IMG/VR virus record: IMGVR_UViG_3300044675_005263
Location: 32,001-96,000 of that record
DNA: 64,000 nucleotides
DNA from: a virus
Reading direction: 5' to 3' (one strand)
Below, in pieces: positions 62,488-64,000 of the stretch (position 1 is the stretch's first letter; each line of letters starts with the position of its first letter). Made by a program: the position numbers and the translations under genes. The notes beneath the pieces are model-generated. The model did not search any database. It saw only the letters and a list, made by a program, of their open reading frames with translations, and was not told where the DNA came from.

Positions 62488-64000
62488 ATGGCAGCCATTG
62501 ATTTTCCTAACTCGCCTCAAGTAAATGATGTATTTACCTCTGGTCCTCAAAGTTGGATTTGGACAGGTACATCATGGAACTTAGTTATTTCTTCTGTAGT
62601 AGGAGCAACTGGTCCTACAGGTCCGCAAGGTGCAGCAAGTACAGTTACTGGACCAACAGGTCCAACTGGTGTTTTTTCAACAGTAGCTGATACACCACCT
62701 GGATCTGCAGATCAAGGAGATTCTTGGTTTAACTCTGCAACTGGAAAAATTTATGTTTATTACGATAGCTATTGGGTAGAGTCGGCATCTAGCAATATAG
62801 GTCCAGCAGGACCAACAGGTGCTACTGGAGCGACAGGTGCAGCAAGTAATGTATTAGGACCTACAGGTCCGACTGGTGTAACTGGTGCTACAGGACCTCG
62901 TGGACAAACAGGTCCAACAGGCGCAGGTAATACTGGAGCTACAGGTGCAACAGGCGCACAAGGACCTACAGGTATGACAGGACCAACTGGCCCAGATGGA
63001 GAGCGTGGAGTTACTGGTCCACAAGGACCAATAGGACCAACAGGTGTGGCTGGTGCAACTGGCGATCTTGGTCCTACAGGCGCTACAGGTGCACAAGGAT
63101 TAGCTGGACCAACTGGTCCAAGAGGATTTGTTGGCCCTACAGGAGCAGCAGGTACAGTAGGTGCTACAGGTCCATCTGTAACTGGCGCAACTGGTCCGCA
63201 AGGTCCAACTGGTCCATCTGGTGGACCTACTGGTCCTACAGGTGCAACTGGACCACAAGGTGAAACTGGTCCTCAGGGAGACGTAGGTCTTCGTGGTGCT
63301 ACTGGTGCAACTGGTGCAAACGGTGCTGCTTCAACAGTTCCTGGCCCTACAGGACCACAAGGTGCTACTGGTGCAAACGGTGTTACTGGACCTCAAGGAC
63401 CTGCTGGACCTCAGGGACCTGCTGGAGCTCAAGGTAGTCAAGGTATCCAAGGACTTGTCGGACCTACTGGTGCAAACTACTCCAACACAACTTCTTCTAC
63501 TTCTAGAACTATGTCACTTGGCAATTTAGTCTTTACCGTTAATTTAGTAAATGCTTATGCAGTGGGAGATAGAGTTAGAGTGTTTAACACTGCAGCTCCA
63601 ACTATCTGGCTACAAGGTGTAATTACAACAATTGCAACTACAAATATAACTGTAAATGTTGATTTACTTAATGGCTCTGGAACCTACAACACATGGAAGT
63701 TCGGTCTTGCAGGTGAAAGAGGTGCACAAGGTGCACAAGGTACACAAGGTGTATCTATAACCTTAAAGGGATCAAGATCAACGGCATCAGCTCTTCCTAC
63801 ATCTGGAAACGCTATTAACGACGCATATATTGTTGATGACGATGGCGATCTTTATGTATGGAATGGTAGCTCTTTTACTAACGCAGGACAAATTGTTGGA
63901 CCTACAGGTGCGACTGGATTAACGGGAGCACAAGGATTACAAGGAGCACAAGGTCCAACTGGTGCGACAGGTGCTAACTCAACAGTTCCTGGCCCTACAG
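62488..64000 (+). CDS. collagen-like fibre protein, truncated by window end
   Basis: [10 protein letters not shown] start, GXT repeats, no stop before 64000. Confidence 0.8.
   Translation, partial: MAAIDFPNSPQVNDVFTSGPQSWIWTGTSWNLVISSVVGATGPTGPQGAASTVTGPTGPTGVFSTVADTPPGSADQGDSWFNSATGKIYVYYDSYWVESASSNIGPAGPTGATGATGAASNVLGPTGPTGVTGATGPRGQTGPTGAGNTGATGATGAQGPTGMTGPTGPDGERGVTGPQGPIGPTGVAGATGDLGPTGATGAQGLAGPTGPRGFVGPTGAAGTVGATGPSVTGATGPQGPTGPSGGPTGPTGATGPQGETGPQGDVGLRGATGATGANGAASTVPGPTGPQGATGANGVTGPQGPAGPQGPAGAQGSQGIQGLVGPTGANYSNTTSSTSRTMSLGNLVFTVNLVNAYAVGDRVRVFNTAAPTIWLQGVITTIATTNITVNVDLLNGSGTYNTWKFGLAGERGAQGAQGTQGVSITLKGSRSTASALPTSGNAINDAYIVDDDGDLYVWNGSSFTNAGQIVGPTGATGLTGAQGLQGAQGPTGATGANSTVPGPT

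Overview
A 64-kb segment of a large tailed dsDNA phage genome, most likely infecting a low-GC (freshwater acI-like) actinobacterium. The host inference rests on two WhiB genes, DUF3039 and the actinophage-style holin, SLT and surface-protein genes. 1-21.8 kb is an early/host-takeover region of short, mostly minus-strand and often very acidic ORFs (ArdA-like, DUF2958, DUF1281, HNH, an Ntn/proteasome-beta-like protease, a MoxR-AAA + vWA pair). About 20 sigma70-type promoters sharing a spacer box (TGCAGGAAGGT) drive it. 21.85-23.13 kb is a non-coding array of a ~17-bp TTCCNGG-containing motif with a GATC-rich inverted core and a 47-bp palindrome, next to a probable terminase small subunit. 24-45 kb carries tRNA-Arg(TCT), class II RNR, WhiB x2, endolysin, Hsp20, dCMP deaminase, methyltransferase, glycosyl enzymes, an ABC-ATPase/GNAT fusion, thioredoxin, ThyX and a serine resolvase. 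45-64 kb carries a PA14/FN3 surface protein, TerL, nuclease, primase-helicase, phosphoesterase and collagen-like fibre genes. The most unusual signals are the CCNGG-motif array together with apparent window-wide confinement of CCGG to CCSGG contexts (possible methylation-gated pac/ori), a candidate anti-Shine-Dalgarno sRNA, and a covarying pseudoknot present twice. All calls come from motif recognition by eye; no database searches were run.
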